A DNA stretch of 64,000 nt, from NCBI GenBank assembly GCA_002269645.1, contig NIVC01002218.1, positions 127,520-191,519 of the forward strand, written 5' to 3'. The first letter of the stretch is position 1. Each line of letters starts with the position of its first letter. The DNA comes from Macrostomum lignano. Its lineage: Eukaryota. Under the pieces are notes generated by a model that made no database searches, had not been told where the DNA came from, and saw only the letters and a program-made list of their open reading frames with translations. Shown piece after piece: positions 1 to 13,800 of this stretch. Both the position numbers and the translations under genes were made by a program.

Positions 1-283
1 GCAACTGCTGCAGCAGCGGATTCTGCCGTCGCAACGGCTGCCCGATTCCCGTCACCGAGTGGCCGATGAGCGCGGAAGCGGCCGGCGACGATGCCGAACC
101 TCCTGCCGGCTGCAGCGGCTCCAGCGGTTCAACCAGGCCAGCCTCCTCGTTGTGCTCCATCGTTGTCGCCTGGCGCTTGCACTTGACGGGCGGCGGCCCG
201 AACAGCTGCCGCTCGACGATGTCCTCTTCGTCTTCGCCCGTCTCTGCGACGTAGCCGAAGCTGCTTATCACCGGTGACTCCAT
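1..283 (-). CDS. Partial coding exon of an unknown gene running off the left edge (MESPVISSFGYVAETGEDEEDIVERQLFGPPPVKCKRQ...QNPLLQQL)
   Basis: Stop-free minus-strand frame from ATG at 283 to the window edge, with strongly G/C-biased third positions. It is absent from the ORF track, presumably because no stop lies in the window. No family recognised. Confidence 0.55.
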   Translation of the reverse strand, partial: MESPVISSFGYVAETGEDEEDIVERQLFGPPPVKCKRQATTMEHNEEAGLVEPLEPLQPAGGSASSPAASALIGHSVTGIGQPLRRQNPLLQQL

Positions 284-1588
284 CTGAGCCCGGCGGCCAG
301 CTCTGTGAGTAGCGGGGATCCGTGGGCTGACGAAAGAATCGAGGAGGGAAGCTGATTGAGGGGGCAAGAGAAGATGTGGAAAACTTGTGTGCTGGGAGCT
401 TTATTCCCTATTATATATTTCAGGGGCCTCTTCAATCTTGAATTGGAGGGTTGGGGGGCTTTTTTCAAAGGGGGGTTGGCGGAGCACAAAGAGCGACCTT
501 CCGCTCGGGTTGGTCGGCGGGCCCCATCAGGCGCGCCCCTATAGCTTTTAGCTAAGGCCCTATATCGCTTATGAGTGGTTTAGACTGGGGGAGGGGGTGC
601 CCCGGGACTCCTCTCTGCTGAATCACTCCTCCTGCTGTTGTTTAGTTTCAACTTGGGGGGAGAGGGGCCACGTGGAGGCAGAGGGGGAGCAGAAGCACAC
701 AAAGACAGGAGGCGGCCCCCTGGGGGGCTTAACGAAGCAAACGCGTGGCTTGGGGAAAATGGGACTGATGGGACTGGGGGCAGCGCGGGAGAAAAGGGAG
801 CGGAGCAGTGGAGTGATAGCGGATTTGCCCTGCAGCCTATTTTAGCCTCGATCTGAAGCGAAGGAGGAGAGGCTGGGCTGGATGCGGGCAGCCCGCCGCC
901 TTCCCTCCTTCTCCCCTTTATCGGGATTTCTTCCCCACCCAACTTACTGCGGGGGGAGGCGCTGCCGCAGCTTCGGTGAACGATGAAGAGAGACAGGAAG
1001 AGCCAGAGAGCTGTGGGGCCGCACACTGGGCTGAGGGGCTGAAATAGCCTTCCTTCGGGTATAGCCATGCGGCCCATGCCCAGCGTTAGCATTGGGGAAA
1101 CGGATCGATATTTCCCACACTGGGGACTGCAGCTTAAGCAATTGGGAAGAGAAAGCCCAAAGCCTGCCGCCCTCCTCCTCCTCCTCCTCCTCCCTGATCC
1201 TCTCTGGCCGCATGCATTTGCTTGATCCCCCAGATAATCTCCCTCCTACCCCTGTCCGCTGCCTGCAAGTGCTCAGTGTACAGTGAATATGAGCGTACAG
1301 TGCAGTCACGGCAGTTGCGTACACTGGAGGCAATTGCTGAGTTTAATCGAAGGCAACGACTCAAGGAAAATAGTGAGTGCAAGTCTTCAAAAAAAAATAA
1401 ATAAAATTGCGCGTGAATAATTTTAGGCACCAATTTCAGTTTTCTTTAGGAAAATTTGTACCTAAGGTTTAATGTGAATTAAACATGAATAAGTTCTCCG
1501 TAATTCGTAGCGTTCAAAGCGGCAGTTTCTTGTATTAGTACTCAGTGAACTTTGGAAACGACTTTTTTTTCAGTTTTGATGCTTGACT

Positions 1589-2070
1589 TCTAACGGGTAA
1601 TCCTGCCTGTCTAACGGGTAACCCTGCCTGTCTAACAGGTAAACCTGTCTTGTCTAACGGGTAATCCTGCCTGTCTAACGGGTAATCCTGCCTGTCTAAC
1701 GGGTAACCCTGCCTTGTCTAACGGGTAACCCTGCCTGTCTAACGGGTAATCCTGCCTGTCTAACGGGTAAACCTGCCTGTCTAACGGGTAATCCTGCCTG
1801 TCTAACGGGTAATCCTGCCTGTCCAACGGGTAAACCTGCCTGTCTAACGGGTAAACCTGCCTGTCTAACGGGTAAACCTGCCTGTCTAACGGGTAATCCT
1901 GCCTGTCCAACGGGTAAACCTGCCTGTCTAACGGGTAATCCTGCCTGTCTAACGGGTAATCCTGCCTGTCTAACGGGTAATCCTGCCTGTCCAACGGGTA
2001 AACCTGCCTGTCTAACGGGTAATCCTGCCTGTCTAACGGGTAAACCTGCCTGTCTAACAGGTAAACCTAC
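1589..2070. repeat. 21-bp minisatellite (tctaacgggtaa[t/a]cctgcctg), ~22 copies
   Basis: Direct tandem repeat; source of the spurious DRQDYPL ORF. Confidence 0.95.
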
Positions 2071-2699
2071 CTATAACCATAAGTTTAACATGTAATAGTT
2101 AGTATATAGATGCAGCGCAGGTCCCCCTATAGGGACATAATTGCCAGTTTAACTATAAAACTCCCCATGCCTGAGACGCAGTGCAACAGCTTGCTGACTG
2201 GAGTCTTATGCACACAAATTTATTATAAGGCTTGCAAATTGGCTTACTGGTTACAGTTGGTTGGTGAAGTAACCTGCAGATATGCTCATTACTCATTTTA
2301 TCAGGGAGCGCTGTGTATAGGCTCCGGCTTATGGCAAAATCCAACAGCTGCATTCTTTCCCATGGGTAGTGGTGTTGAGCAGATGATTTTTATTAATATT
2401 ATTATATTAGTCGAAATAAAACTATAGTAAGTTTTAAAGCCTGCTCATCTCATGGCTCTGTGTCCGTGGCCTGTGAGTGAGTAAGCTCGTATCTAACTAT
2501 ATCGATTTACGGGCTATAACTGTCAGCTCACAAATTCAAAAGCGTACGAGTATAGCAGGTGCAGAAATTGAAACTCGAGTGCTGTGACGACAACTGATAG
2601 CATAAATATAAAATTAATTAGATTCTTATATGTACCCATGGCTGGGATCTTTATAACTGGCACAATGATACTTCTCCGGCATACTGCATGTACTACTAG

Positions 2700-3047
2700 T
2701 ATCCAATCTCATGGGTACTGAGATCCAATCTCATGGGTACTGAGATCCAATCTCATGGGTAGTGAGATCCAATCTCATGTGTACTGAGATCCAATCTCAT
2801 GGGTAGTGAGATCCAATCTCATGTGTACTGAGATCCAATCTCATGTGTACTGAGATCCAATCTCATGGGTACTGAGATCCAATCTCATGGGTACTGAGAT
2901 TCAATCTCATGGGTAGTGAGATCCAATCTCATGGGTAGTGAGATCCAATCTCATGGGAACTGAGATTTAATCTCATGGGTAGTGAGATCCAATCTCATGG
3001 GTAGTGAGATCCAATCTCATGTGTACTGAGATCCAATCTCATGGGTA
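2700..3047. repeat. 22-bp minisatellite (gagatccaatctcatgggtact), ~16 copies, each with a hairpin tgagat-cca-atctca
   Basis: Period 22 seen directly; 6-bp inverted repeat in every unit. Confidence 0.95.
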
Positions 3048-3129
3048 CAGAGGTCCTGTTGCTAGTTTGCAGTACCTACATGGTCTGTAAGGTTAGTACG
3101 TAACAGGCGAGACCCACTTGTATTTTGAC

Positions 3130-3391
3130 CAGAGGGTTGGTAAGCTTTTTTCCTCAAGGGCCAGATAAAGAATCCAGCTCATGGCTGCGGGCCATGCTGA
3201 TGAGAGAGGAAATGAGAGGGAATATAGGAAAGAGAATAGGAAAAAGGAGATGAGAGATGAGAGGGGAGAGGAGGGATGAGAATGGAGAAGAGGAGATGAG
3301 GAGAAAGAAGAGACATAAACCTTGAGCTGGCTGGCTCGAGGGCCTGATAGAGGCTTCGTGGACTCAGGCAGGCCACAGGTTGCAACCCCTG
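3130..3391. mobile_element. Degenerate hAT (Charlie-like) MITE with internal GA-rich tract
   Basis: Ends cagagggttggtaagc...ggttgcaacccctg. The subterminal cctcaagggccagata is shared with the 58.9-kb copies. Confidence 0.6.
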
Positions 3392-4384
3392 GTTAAGACA
3401 GATGCGCGTTATTTTGGTCATACAGTCTGCCGCTTAGAGCCGTCAGACATCGTGGGCCTAATTTATTCCTCATTCATTTTTTTATCTCACATTCGAGTTT
3501 GTTCACTTGGACAGAGAGGGGGGGTGGGGCTGAGTAAATATTCGAATTCTGGTGAGGGGATGTAGGAGATGGGAGATGTGAAATGAGAAGAAGCAGAAGG
3601 AAGGAAGGCCTGGATGAACAGAAATGGGGGGGTTGCCAGATGTCGTGACTATTAAGGAAAATAACTGGGGCTGGCGGGAGGTTGAGGGGAGCTGAGAAGA
3701 GGAAGACCTAAAAAACACCGTCAACCCAACGGGCTGAGCCCGTATATGAGTTGAGTTAAGGAAGAAATAATCAGGGACCTGATAAAAAAGTGAGCAAGAT
3801 AACAAATCGTACCGAAACCCCCAGCCCCCCCTGCAGGTAGATCAGTTCGATGCCTTCAGCTGCCCTTAGCATAATATAATATCGAATATATAGGCAAAGT
3901 TGGCGCTGACTCACGAACAAATCCCACCAATTTATATTCTGAACAAAGACCTTCACCCCATCCCCGTAATAAAACTGATCTGTGTCGCGTGGCAGGGAAA
4001 GGAATGGGATTAAGCTCTTGTATTCTCTATGCTGGGAGGGGAGGGTAAGAGGGGATTTTGCGATGACACAGCCGGCCCGACCCTACCAGCCGTTCAAGCC
4101 AGTTCCTTTCTTTCCTGGCCTGAATTCGAGAACAAAGACCTTCCGGACGGGCGCCTGCAACAGCTGCCGGAGCCGCTAGCCCAGCTGTTTGAATGGGAAA
4201 CATGAAATCCCGCGAAACTCGAAGGGGAACGCAAACCATCTGGAGAGTGGAGAGAAATTTTATAGGGGCAAATCATATATTTTCGCTGGCTAACGAGCTC
4301 AGTTATGGCGTGGATTGAACTCGAAAATTCGTTTTTTTTGTCCAATTTTGATCGCCTAGTCTTAAGCTTACGCAAGATTACTTG

Positions 4385-4850
4385 GCTGCTCAAAATTTCA
4401 TAACGTCGAAAAGCAGCTTCTTTCACAAGCTCGAAATTTCACAACGCAAAAAAAGCAGATTCTTTCACAAGGTCGAAATTTCACAACGCAAAAAAGCAGA
4501 TTCTTTCACAAGCTCGAAATTTCACAACGCAAAAAAGCAGATTCTGTCACAAGCTCGAAATTTCACAACGCAAAAAAGCAGATTCTGTCACAAGCTCGAA
4601 ATTTCACAACGCAAAAAAGCAGATTCTTTCACAAGCTCGAAATTTCACAACGCAAAAAAGCAGATTCTTTCACAAGCTCGAAATTTCACAACGCAAAAAA
4701 GCAGATTCTTTCACAAGCTCGAAATTTCACAACGCAAAAAAGCAGATTCTTTCACAGGCTCGAAATTTCACAACGTCGAAAAGCAGATTCTTTCACAGGC
4801 TCGAAATTTCACAACGTCGAAAAGCAGATTCTTTCACAGGCTCGAAATTT
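4385..4850. repeat. 41-bp minisatellite (cacaagctcgaaatttcacaacgcaaaaaagcagattcttt), ~11 copies
   Basis: Direct tandem repeat. Confidence 0.95.
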
Positions 4851-5700
4851 CTCACTTCGATCTTGTGAAGTTTCAACTTTACGAAGTCCCTTACTAGAGT
4901 TTTCGACGTTGTGTTGTGAAATTTCGAGTGTGTGTTAATTTAATACTTCACAATAAAACAAAGGCAATGGCAATTCAGTTGCGACTTCTTTTCTTCGAAG
5001 TAAATAGTCGTAGTCCTTGTGTCAAATTTGATGCAATAATGACTCGAATATTCGGACTATGGTGTCTCCGGAATAATCGCAGCAGTGCGTGGAGTTGAAG
5101 AAAGAATTCTAACGTCTAAAAATGTTACTGATACAGTTAGTGGACAAGGCAACTGTGTTCCCACTAACAGCTGGAGGACAGACAATACAAAGAAACAGTC
5201 TGAAGTAAAACTAAAACAGTATAGTAAACATTCTTCCCTACTGCGAACTGAAAGATTTTTTTATTTAATGCCTTCTTTATGTCCAGAAAATGTCCCATGA
5301 ATGCATGCGCTTCCATTTTAGAAAGGAAATTTTCAACAAATTTGTTACACAGATAAATTCGTTACAATTTATACTCTTAAACCTGGGCTTCTAGAGCTGA
5401 AAAAATGAAATAATATGCAGTGTCATTACTGCATGGATTGGCATAGTGTGTAGTGTTAATCAACTTCCATCCATCCTTATCCGATAGGCTCTAACTTTCC
5501 TATATTCTACAAACAGACACATCCTCTATTAATTTTCTGTATTATAAACTTTAAAACAGTTTGAGACATGAAAAATGACATTTACAGAGGCAAAATGGAG
5601 CAAGCGTATATTATGTTTTTTTATGTTCCTTCAGATCTCAACTACTACTAACAGTAAAACAAATTTTGATAATCGACTGAAAACACACTCCATAGCAACT

Positions 5701-5772
5701 TCCTCGATAGTATAGTGGTCAGTATCTCCGCCTGTCACGTGGAAGGCCCGGGTTCGATTCCCGGTCGGGGAG
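5701..5772 (+). tRNA. tRNA-Asp (GTC)
   Basis: 72-nt cloverleaf: acceptor TCCTCGA/TCGGGGA, anticodon loop CT-GTC-AC, T-loop GGTTCGATTCC, followed by a T7 Pol III terminator. Confidence 0.97.
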
Positions 5773-6085
5773 AGGTTTTTTTATTCCTACGAGAAAGTAA
5801 TTTTGTGCGATAAATTTATTATTTTATACCTCCGGAAGTCTTTAATTCTTTTGTTTATCATATTTAAGTCATTTTTACGTTTTTAAAATTTGTCGATGTG
5901 GAGATTGCTGGCAGTTTTTTTATTCTACTATTAAGTAGCACAATGAGACTATAACTGCATAGTTTGAAAAAAGTTCGGAAAAAGCCCTAGATAATTGTGC
6001 ATAATTAGGCTGATGCGTGGCTGATGGATGTATTTTGAAATAAAAAATAGTGATAAGGAAGAAAATTTTCTGTGGAAAAAAATTA

Positions 6086-6157
6086 CTCCCCGACCGGGAA
6101 TCGAACCCGGGCCTTCCACGTGACAGGCGGAGATACTGACCACTATACTATCGAGGA
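6086..6157 (-). tRNA. tRNA-Asp (GTC), identical copy, convergent with 5701-5772
   Basis: Exact reverse complement of the first copy, with its own T-run terminator. Confidence 0.97.
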
Positions 6158-6536
6158 AGTAATTGCATGACTTCTCATTTCGCGAGTTTGTTTGTTTTAT
6201 TTTATTTGTTATTGTTTGTTTTATTTCGCGACTGAATGTTCATTAGCCTTATATGCCTTTTGGTAGTTAAGACGGTGAAAAAAAGGCAAAATGTTATAGT
6301 GCAGCAAAGCTTTCGTAATTACCAGCTGTCTGACAAATCTGACAAACCAGACCGCTGTGTGATTTGAATAGTGATTTTTTAATAGAAACGGATAAAATAA
6401 ATGTAATAACGTAATTCCGGGAAGGTTGTGGGCCCCGTGGCGCCACGCTCGAGCTCGAAATATCGATCGTCCCACAACCATGCGCCGAGGCAATTCCGTC
6501 CATTCGGCTGACAATAGCTCCTGAGGTCTGAGGACA

Positions 6537-6714
6537 CATACATGCATACATACATACATACATACATACATACATACATACATACATACATACATACATG
6601 CATACATACATACATACATACATACATACATACATACATACATACATGCATACATACATACATACATACATACATACATACATACATACATACATACATA
6701 CATACATACATACA

Positions 6715-6748
<34 letters not shown>

Positions 6749-7550
6749 CATACATACATAAATACATACATACATACATAAATACATACATACATATATA
6801 CATACATGCAAACATACATACATACATACATACATGCATACATACATACATACATACATACATACATACATGCATACATACATACATATATACATACATG
6901 CATACATACATACATACATACATACATGCATACATACATACATGCATACATACATACATACATACATACATGCATACATACATACATACATACATACATA
7001 CATACATACATACATACATACATACATACATACATACATACATACATACATACATACATACATACATACATACATACATACATACATACATACATACATA
7101 CATACATACATACATACATACATACATACATACATACATACATACATACATACATACATACATACATACATACATACATACATACATACATACATACATA
7201 CATACATACATACATACATACATACATACATACATACATACATACATACATACATACATACATACATACATACATACATACATACATACATGCATACATA
7301 CATACATACATACATACATACATACATACATACATACATACATACATACATACATACATACATACATACATACATACATGCATACATACATACATACATA
7401 CATACATACATACATACATACATACATGCATACATACATACATACATACATACATACATACATACATACATACATACATACATACATACATACATACATA
7501 CATACATACATACATACATACATACATACATACATACATACATACATACA

Positions 7551-7584
<34 letters not shown>

Positions 7585-7626
7585 CATACATGCATACATA
7601 CATACATATATACATACATGCATACA

Positions 7627-7660
<34 letters not shown>

Positions 7661-7709
7661 CATACATGCATACATACATACATACATACATACATACATA
7701 CATACATAC
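6537..7709. repeat. (CATA)n / (TATG)n microsatellite, ~1.17 kb
   Basis: Near-perfect tetranucleotide array; source of the YIHT/MYVC ORFs. Confidence 0.99.
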
Positions 7710-8502
7710 CAGGTTTTCCCGCAGCGAGCTTTTCCCGCCGAGATTTGCCTGCAGCGAGGTTTTCCCGCGAGAGTTTTTTCCAGCCGAGGTTTCCAACCTC
7801 GGTGCAGATATAATACCGCGACCTCTCCGAGGTGTAGTCGGAGAGCCGCGCTTAACTGCTTCGGCGGATAACAGCGGCAAGACCAAGCGACAGCAGCGAA
7901 GCGAGCGCCGGCGAGTCGAACGTCGGCGTGAGCAAAACCGAGGTTGGCAACGTGGTTTTTCCCATCGAGCTACTGCTTTCCTTGGCCAATATCGGATCTT
8001 CCGGGTGTCGCTGGGGACCGTGAGGCTCACTGTCATACCACATGGCACGCTTCGGGTCGGGACGCTGAACTGCCGCACTCTCAAGGCTGCAGGCTCGCTC
8101 GACGTTAGATGCGATGTCATCTCGCTGCAAGAGATGTCTATTAGGACCGACCCGGGAATTCACTGTGAGGGCCTGGGCGTCGGCTGGACCCTCTGGTACA
8201 CGTCGGTGGACCAACCAGGCCGCGGAGGAGTTGGAGCACTGATCGGACCGAGGCTGCAGCAGAGCTGTCGCTGCGTCTCCCTGTCTGACCGGCTGCTTTA
8301 GGTCGACGTCTGGCTTCGCAGCCGGAACCCTCGCCTGTTCCGCCTCCTGCCACCCGACCTGACGAAGCTCAATCAAGTCTTCTTCGAGCAGCTCTCGGCG
8401 CAGGTGGAGGAAACGGCGCAGCGTGACACAGTGATCGTCCTCGGAGACCTAAACGCGGTTTTGCGGAGGTCCGAGCGGTCGCTGTTTGTTACACCGCGCG
8501 AG
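7710..8502 (+). mobile_element. 5' part of a non-LTR retrotransposon (APE endonuclease, RTE-like), truncated and pseudogenised
   Basis: APE motifs: LRVGTLNCRTL, CDVISLQE, GRGGVGALI, VIVLGDLNA. In-frame stop at 8299-8301. No RT domain follows. Confidence 0.85.
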
Positions 8503-9369
8503 GAATTATGCAGGGGATTCTTGCAGTGGCGAGACTATGGGGTAGCTACATGCATGTACTATTACATAGATAAATACGAGGAATTGTACTTTTGGCCTTC
8601 AACGCGCCAACCAGCCTCTCGTAGCGCTGATAATAGGCCAACTCGAACATCAGAGACCGCATGATTCATTACCCGAGCCGCTTGGCGAACCTAGAGTGGA
8701 CAGAGTACATCTCTAGCGCCGATTTTGCACTATTGGCAACTTTGCTCACTGATTTGATAGATTGATCGACTGAGGAACTGTCTTGCCATGGGCCCACTGT
8801 GACCGCGGCGCCTACTAGCTTAGCTACTCATCTGAGCCATCGGCGAACAAGAAATAAGACCGATAAAAATAACTGTCAGATTTAACCTTCTCACTGATTC
8901 ACTTCACACCTCAGATTGAATTGGAGTTTCAGACTACTGAATGATCTCTGCCTCAATAACAGCACTACTGAACAAATTGAGTAAAAGTGTGCGCCGAATC
9001 CATGCAGCTACTGAAATAGGGGACAGATAAGGGATCACCCAATCAAGCAAGTCTAGGTAGCCTCTCACCCAACCAATCAGAAACTCAACAGCCGGAGACC
9101 AGGTAATTCACAGTGACCGAATCGGCTTAGTGCTTCGCAGCTGTAGACCCGGGATGATGCTGATGTCACAATCTTCGCAGATAGCTAGCAGGTGATGATC
9201 TTTAACCTTGATGTTCGCTGCTGACGACCCAGGGGATTCATCGCGTCCTTGATGATGACGGGGGAGTCGCGATCCGGGGATCAAGAGACGACGGTCGCGA
9301 GTAGCAGCCGGGTGTCAGGTGACAGGTGACCGCGGCCAAGCAAATAGTCCGAGTGGGCCAAAAACGCCG

Positions 9370-9480
9370 GTTTTTATAGCCGCCAACTGAACCGCAATTT
9401 GTTATAATGAAACACATCGACGCTGATTGGCTGAGCCGATTTGTTATAACAGACGTCGAATTTTCTGATTGGCTGAGCTT
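9370..9480 (-). promoter_or_regulatory. Putative Pol II promoter (TATAAAAA plus two CCAAT boxes) on the minus strand
   Basis: Minus strand reads ggcggcTATAAAAAcc near 9375-9385, with cagCCAATcag boxes near 9424-9434 and 9466-9476. Motif-only evidence. Confidence 0.3.
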
Positions 9481-10848
9481 GTTGCCACACCCAAACTCAC
9501 GTGACCAGAAGATCCTATCAGTTCCCTCGGGGCCATAAAAATACGCCAGGTGCAGTAGTCATAAATCACTCAAAATCGCTACATAATGATTTATGACCTT
9601 TCGCGTAGAAATGACAAAAATCAATGAAAAAATATACATTAGAAAGATCTTACTAAGTAGAAAGTGAAGATGGTGAAGAGAATTCGCTAATCGCTAATCC
9701 CAAAGTACTTTTAGGGGTAAAACGCATAGCGTCAAAGCTGTCACACGCTTGAGTGAACACGAACAGTAGGCCCTGACCTCATAAATCTTGATGGCCTGTC
9801 AAAACGATGAGAAAAAAGCTACCGCCCGCATCCTCTCAGACCATCTGGCGCCATGCAGCCTCAGCTCTGAGTGAGGCGCAGGTGGCTGTCAGACCAGCTC
9901 GAAAGCGATGATTTTTATATATGACCCAAAACCCGCGCCTATGTTATTATAACTACAAGTATGGCAAAATCATATATAGCTACGAAAGTTCTACTAGTAT
10001 GAATTCTATGAAAACTACAAAAAGAGGAAAAAATGCCCATAGCCTGTCGTTAGTAGGCTAGTAAGTTTGGAGCCCATGCAAGCGATTTTAACCAAGCAAT
10101 TTTATATTATTTTATATTAGTGTATATATTAGATACCTACTCATCACATTTTATAGAGGGCCGTTGACTTTTATAATTCAACACATAGTCCGATGAGCCC
10201 ATGCAAGCGTGAAATTTGGAAAAAAGTGCGTCCCAACTTGATTTTTGTGTTAATTCAGCAAATGAGAAATACTGGGCCGGAGAACTACTCGTTTTGCAAA
10301 ATACAGCTAAAATGCAGATGCGTGAATGTTATTAACCGAGTTTTGAACACGCTTGTAAAAATTCGAAAAATTCTCAGCAACTAGCTCACATATCCATTGA
10401 GGCAGTAGCTATACACGCAAAAGACCTGACCAGAACTTTGAAAAACAAACTTTTCCAAATTTTAACCAAGTGTATATTAGATACCTACTCATCACATTTT
10501 ATAGAGGGCCGTTAGACTTTTATAATTCAACACAAGAACACGATGCTCACTGCTTAGCGTAATATAAATATTTTAGTTAATTAGGCATTTAGGCAATGAT
10601 AATATCAGTGAGCTCTTAGTTTCAAACTTTATCTTTGCCGAGTAGCAAATTGCTTTGAAGGTTTAAAGAATTTTTTTGATTACCCTTATTTTATAAAAGT
10701 CCGTAAAAAACGAGCTGATAACAACAGCGTACATTTAAATTGATTTTTTTGAATGTGACGTGTTACCTCCGACGTTTTGCAATGTTTTAGTTGTTTTCAA
10801 AATATTTTACTGATGAATAATTTCTATTTTAGTTAGCCACGTTAGAGA

Positions 10849-13800
10849 ATGACGACAGCACCTCCATCGAGTCAAGGGTATGTATATATGCTTAACAAAT
10901 GTATCATCATTCTTTTTATTTGGCTGATTAACTACAGAATAACTTTTTGTCTTACTCTTAGTTTAGCCTATAGGCCCCTAGCCCTATACTCGAAACTATA
11001 TTGTCAGTATAAAAGGTACTGGTAGCGACTTAGCGAGCCTATTTTTTTAGTTTTTTAAAGTTATATTTGAATTTTTCTAATTTAGAGTAAGAGAAAAAGA
11101 TATTAGAGTTTAGAGTAAGTTTTTTATATTTATCAGTAGGCCCTATGTTCTAATCAGTGATCAGTCTTCATCAATGGAAATAGAGATTTGCTATATCTAT
11201 TGAAATATAAAGCTATAGGCCTAAAAGCTACAAATTTGTAAGGAAGTGCTTATCCCCACAGTCCCATGCCAATAATTCCAATTTTATCCACACAGATCTG
11301 TGTTGATAATTTCCAGCTCAGCCCCATGGTAGCCTATTGAAATAGCTGCCACAATTCAAGTCTATAGGCTATTAATAATTCCAATTTGATCCATATCGAT
11401 CCATGTCAATAAAGAAATAACTTTCAGCTTATCCCTATAGCTAAGATTGTGCATTTGTTTGTGTTTAGTTTGTATATTGACATTAAATGTCGCAACTAGT
11501 CTTTTAATTGTAACATATATACCAGAATGGAATTCTTGTATTTCTTAAGTCAAACGGAATTATGTGATTTTTTTATGGCAGGCAAAATATTTTTTATTGG
11601 TCGCATTTTTTATTTTGGTACTTAGCATGTCGCAAAATAACAAAATAACAAAAGACAATAATGAAAAATGCATTCTAAGAAAATGTAGTGATTTGAATTT
11701 TTGGATTATCTTTTGCAAAATCCAATATCTCAAGCACACTTTTGCATATATTAAAAAATAGAAATTTTGTCTGAAATTCTGCAACACATTTTTTCTGGAT
11801 TTTTTGACGCAAAATTGCATTTTTTTTGCTCAATCGCATAACGCATTGTGATTTTTCTGCAAGAATTCCATCCAGGCATATATAGTATAGCTTAAAGTAA
11901 TTGTTATTATAATGTTGTATGACTTTCATCAATTTCTATTGAATTGTCACAGTATAATAGTGTCATTTTAATATCTTGCCAACTCTTTATCCAAAATTGA
12001 TATTATCATTATTATTAGTGTTATTATCATTATATTATTATATTTTGAATTTTGAATTTTGCAAGTCTTGTTTGCCTTAATCTTAGGGTCATTCAGTTAT
12101 TCTAAGCAAAGCTAGCAACTAAGTGAATGTTTAAAATTAACCCTTTTAACAATGAAAAAGTTTTAACAAAGTTCATTTGTCTTAACTTGATATTATTTGT
12201 TCATTTGTCTAACTTGATACTATTCAGTATTAAATAGTTTATTTGGAAGATATAAAACAGTGAAAACAAAAAGATGGTTTTTGAACAAATTCATTTTAAG
12301 GTTCTCTATTCCAAAAAGCTGCCTTGGGGATAAGCTGAAAATTGTTGACATAGATCCGTGTAGATAAAATTGGAATTATTGACATGGCCTATAAACTTAA
12401 ATGGTGGCAGCTATTTTAATAAGCTACCATGGGGATAAGCTGAAAATTATTGACACGGAATTGACATTGATTGCATAATTGTAAAATACTTGAAGATTTG
12501 GCAATGCTTTGTCTTTAATTTTATACATTAAATTATTTTCTTAGGAATTTGTAATTCCAATGAATACAAAGTTGTATAGCTTAAAAGATTTTTTTAAACA
12601 CAAAGTAGTTGAGTATCAATTAGGTAAATAGACTTAGTTAGTGGTCAATTAATATAAGACACATATCCACATTAGTGATAGACCAAATGTGGATTTTTGT
12701 AAGTTTTTAAAACCAAATCCAAATGTACAAAAAATTCCAAATCTGAATCCAAGATATCCAAATATGTTTTCAAACATAAGCAAAAAGTAAAAGGTAAATG
12801 ATAGGACTAGGAGTAACTATAACACTTTCATATGAACTATGACATTACAAAATGCCTTATCATCTAATTAATGATCTAATTAGTACTATATGAATTAATA
12901 AAATTTTACCTTTTCTAAGCTAATACTTTTTTATCAAGCATCTAGGCCTAGGAAAACCAAATTCAAAGGAAGGGACTTAGAAATTCAATTCTATTATAAA
13001 ATTTCTATAACTTCCTATATACTAAATTAACTAATTCTAATTATGGTATCCACACTTTTTAATGCCTGTGCTTTTCGGTGCCTGGCATTTAAGTGCCTCA
13101 GTTTGCTTTTTGGTACCTAGATTATAAAGTAGAATTGGACACAAAAAGATAGAAAGTGAGCTCTAATAATTAGCAATAAGTCCTTTGCATTACTTCTTTA
13201 CTTTAAAAAACAAATAAGATATTTCTATTATTCATTTTGTTAAGCTGACCTGTTGTTTTAATTTTAAAGAAAATCTTGTTTCTTCTAAATTTTGTATCCA
13301 CTTAATTTCTCAAGAAAAAAACTTGATCATGTGTCTAAGGAAATCAAAACTAAAATGGATTTGTCACACTTTATAATTTTGATCAAAACTATGCATGTAG
13401 CATAGTTAATGGATCTCATAATTTAGCTAAGTCTTCTTAATCTTAGCACATGCTAAGTGCAGCCTTATACAGGGATCAAAGATATAGCAAATGCTTGCAA
13501 TTAAGTCAAACAGATTTTTCAAAATTTAAGAAACATGTTAATTTAACAAAATAGATGTTGCTTTTCTTAGGAAGATAAAAATGTTTTGTCAAGTATTAAA
13601 TATATTTGTTATTAGATTACCTTTTTATTACAAGTATTTAGACATCATAAGCTGAGACACCAAAAAGCAAACTAGGGTACCAAAATGTTGGGCACCAAAA
13701 AGCATAGGCACCAAAAAGCATAGAAACCCTAATTACTAATACTAACTGATATTACTTTTGTGCAATTTGATAACTTTGCTATACCATAAGTCAGTGCACT

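Noticed and set aside
59-1404. Plus-strand two-exon model (2-273 joined to 1284-1372)
   Set aside because: Splice phases fit, but the first part is the antisense shadow of a better minus-strand frame, and no downstream exons or known motifs were found.
6221-8120. Long MYVC/YIHT ORFs
   Set aside because: Translations of the (CATA)n microsatellite.
10125-10535. ~62-bp direct repeat pair flanking ~285 bp
   Set aside because: No TIR, TSD, LTR termini or ORF; probably a local duplication.
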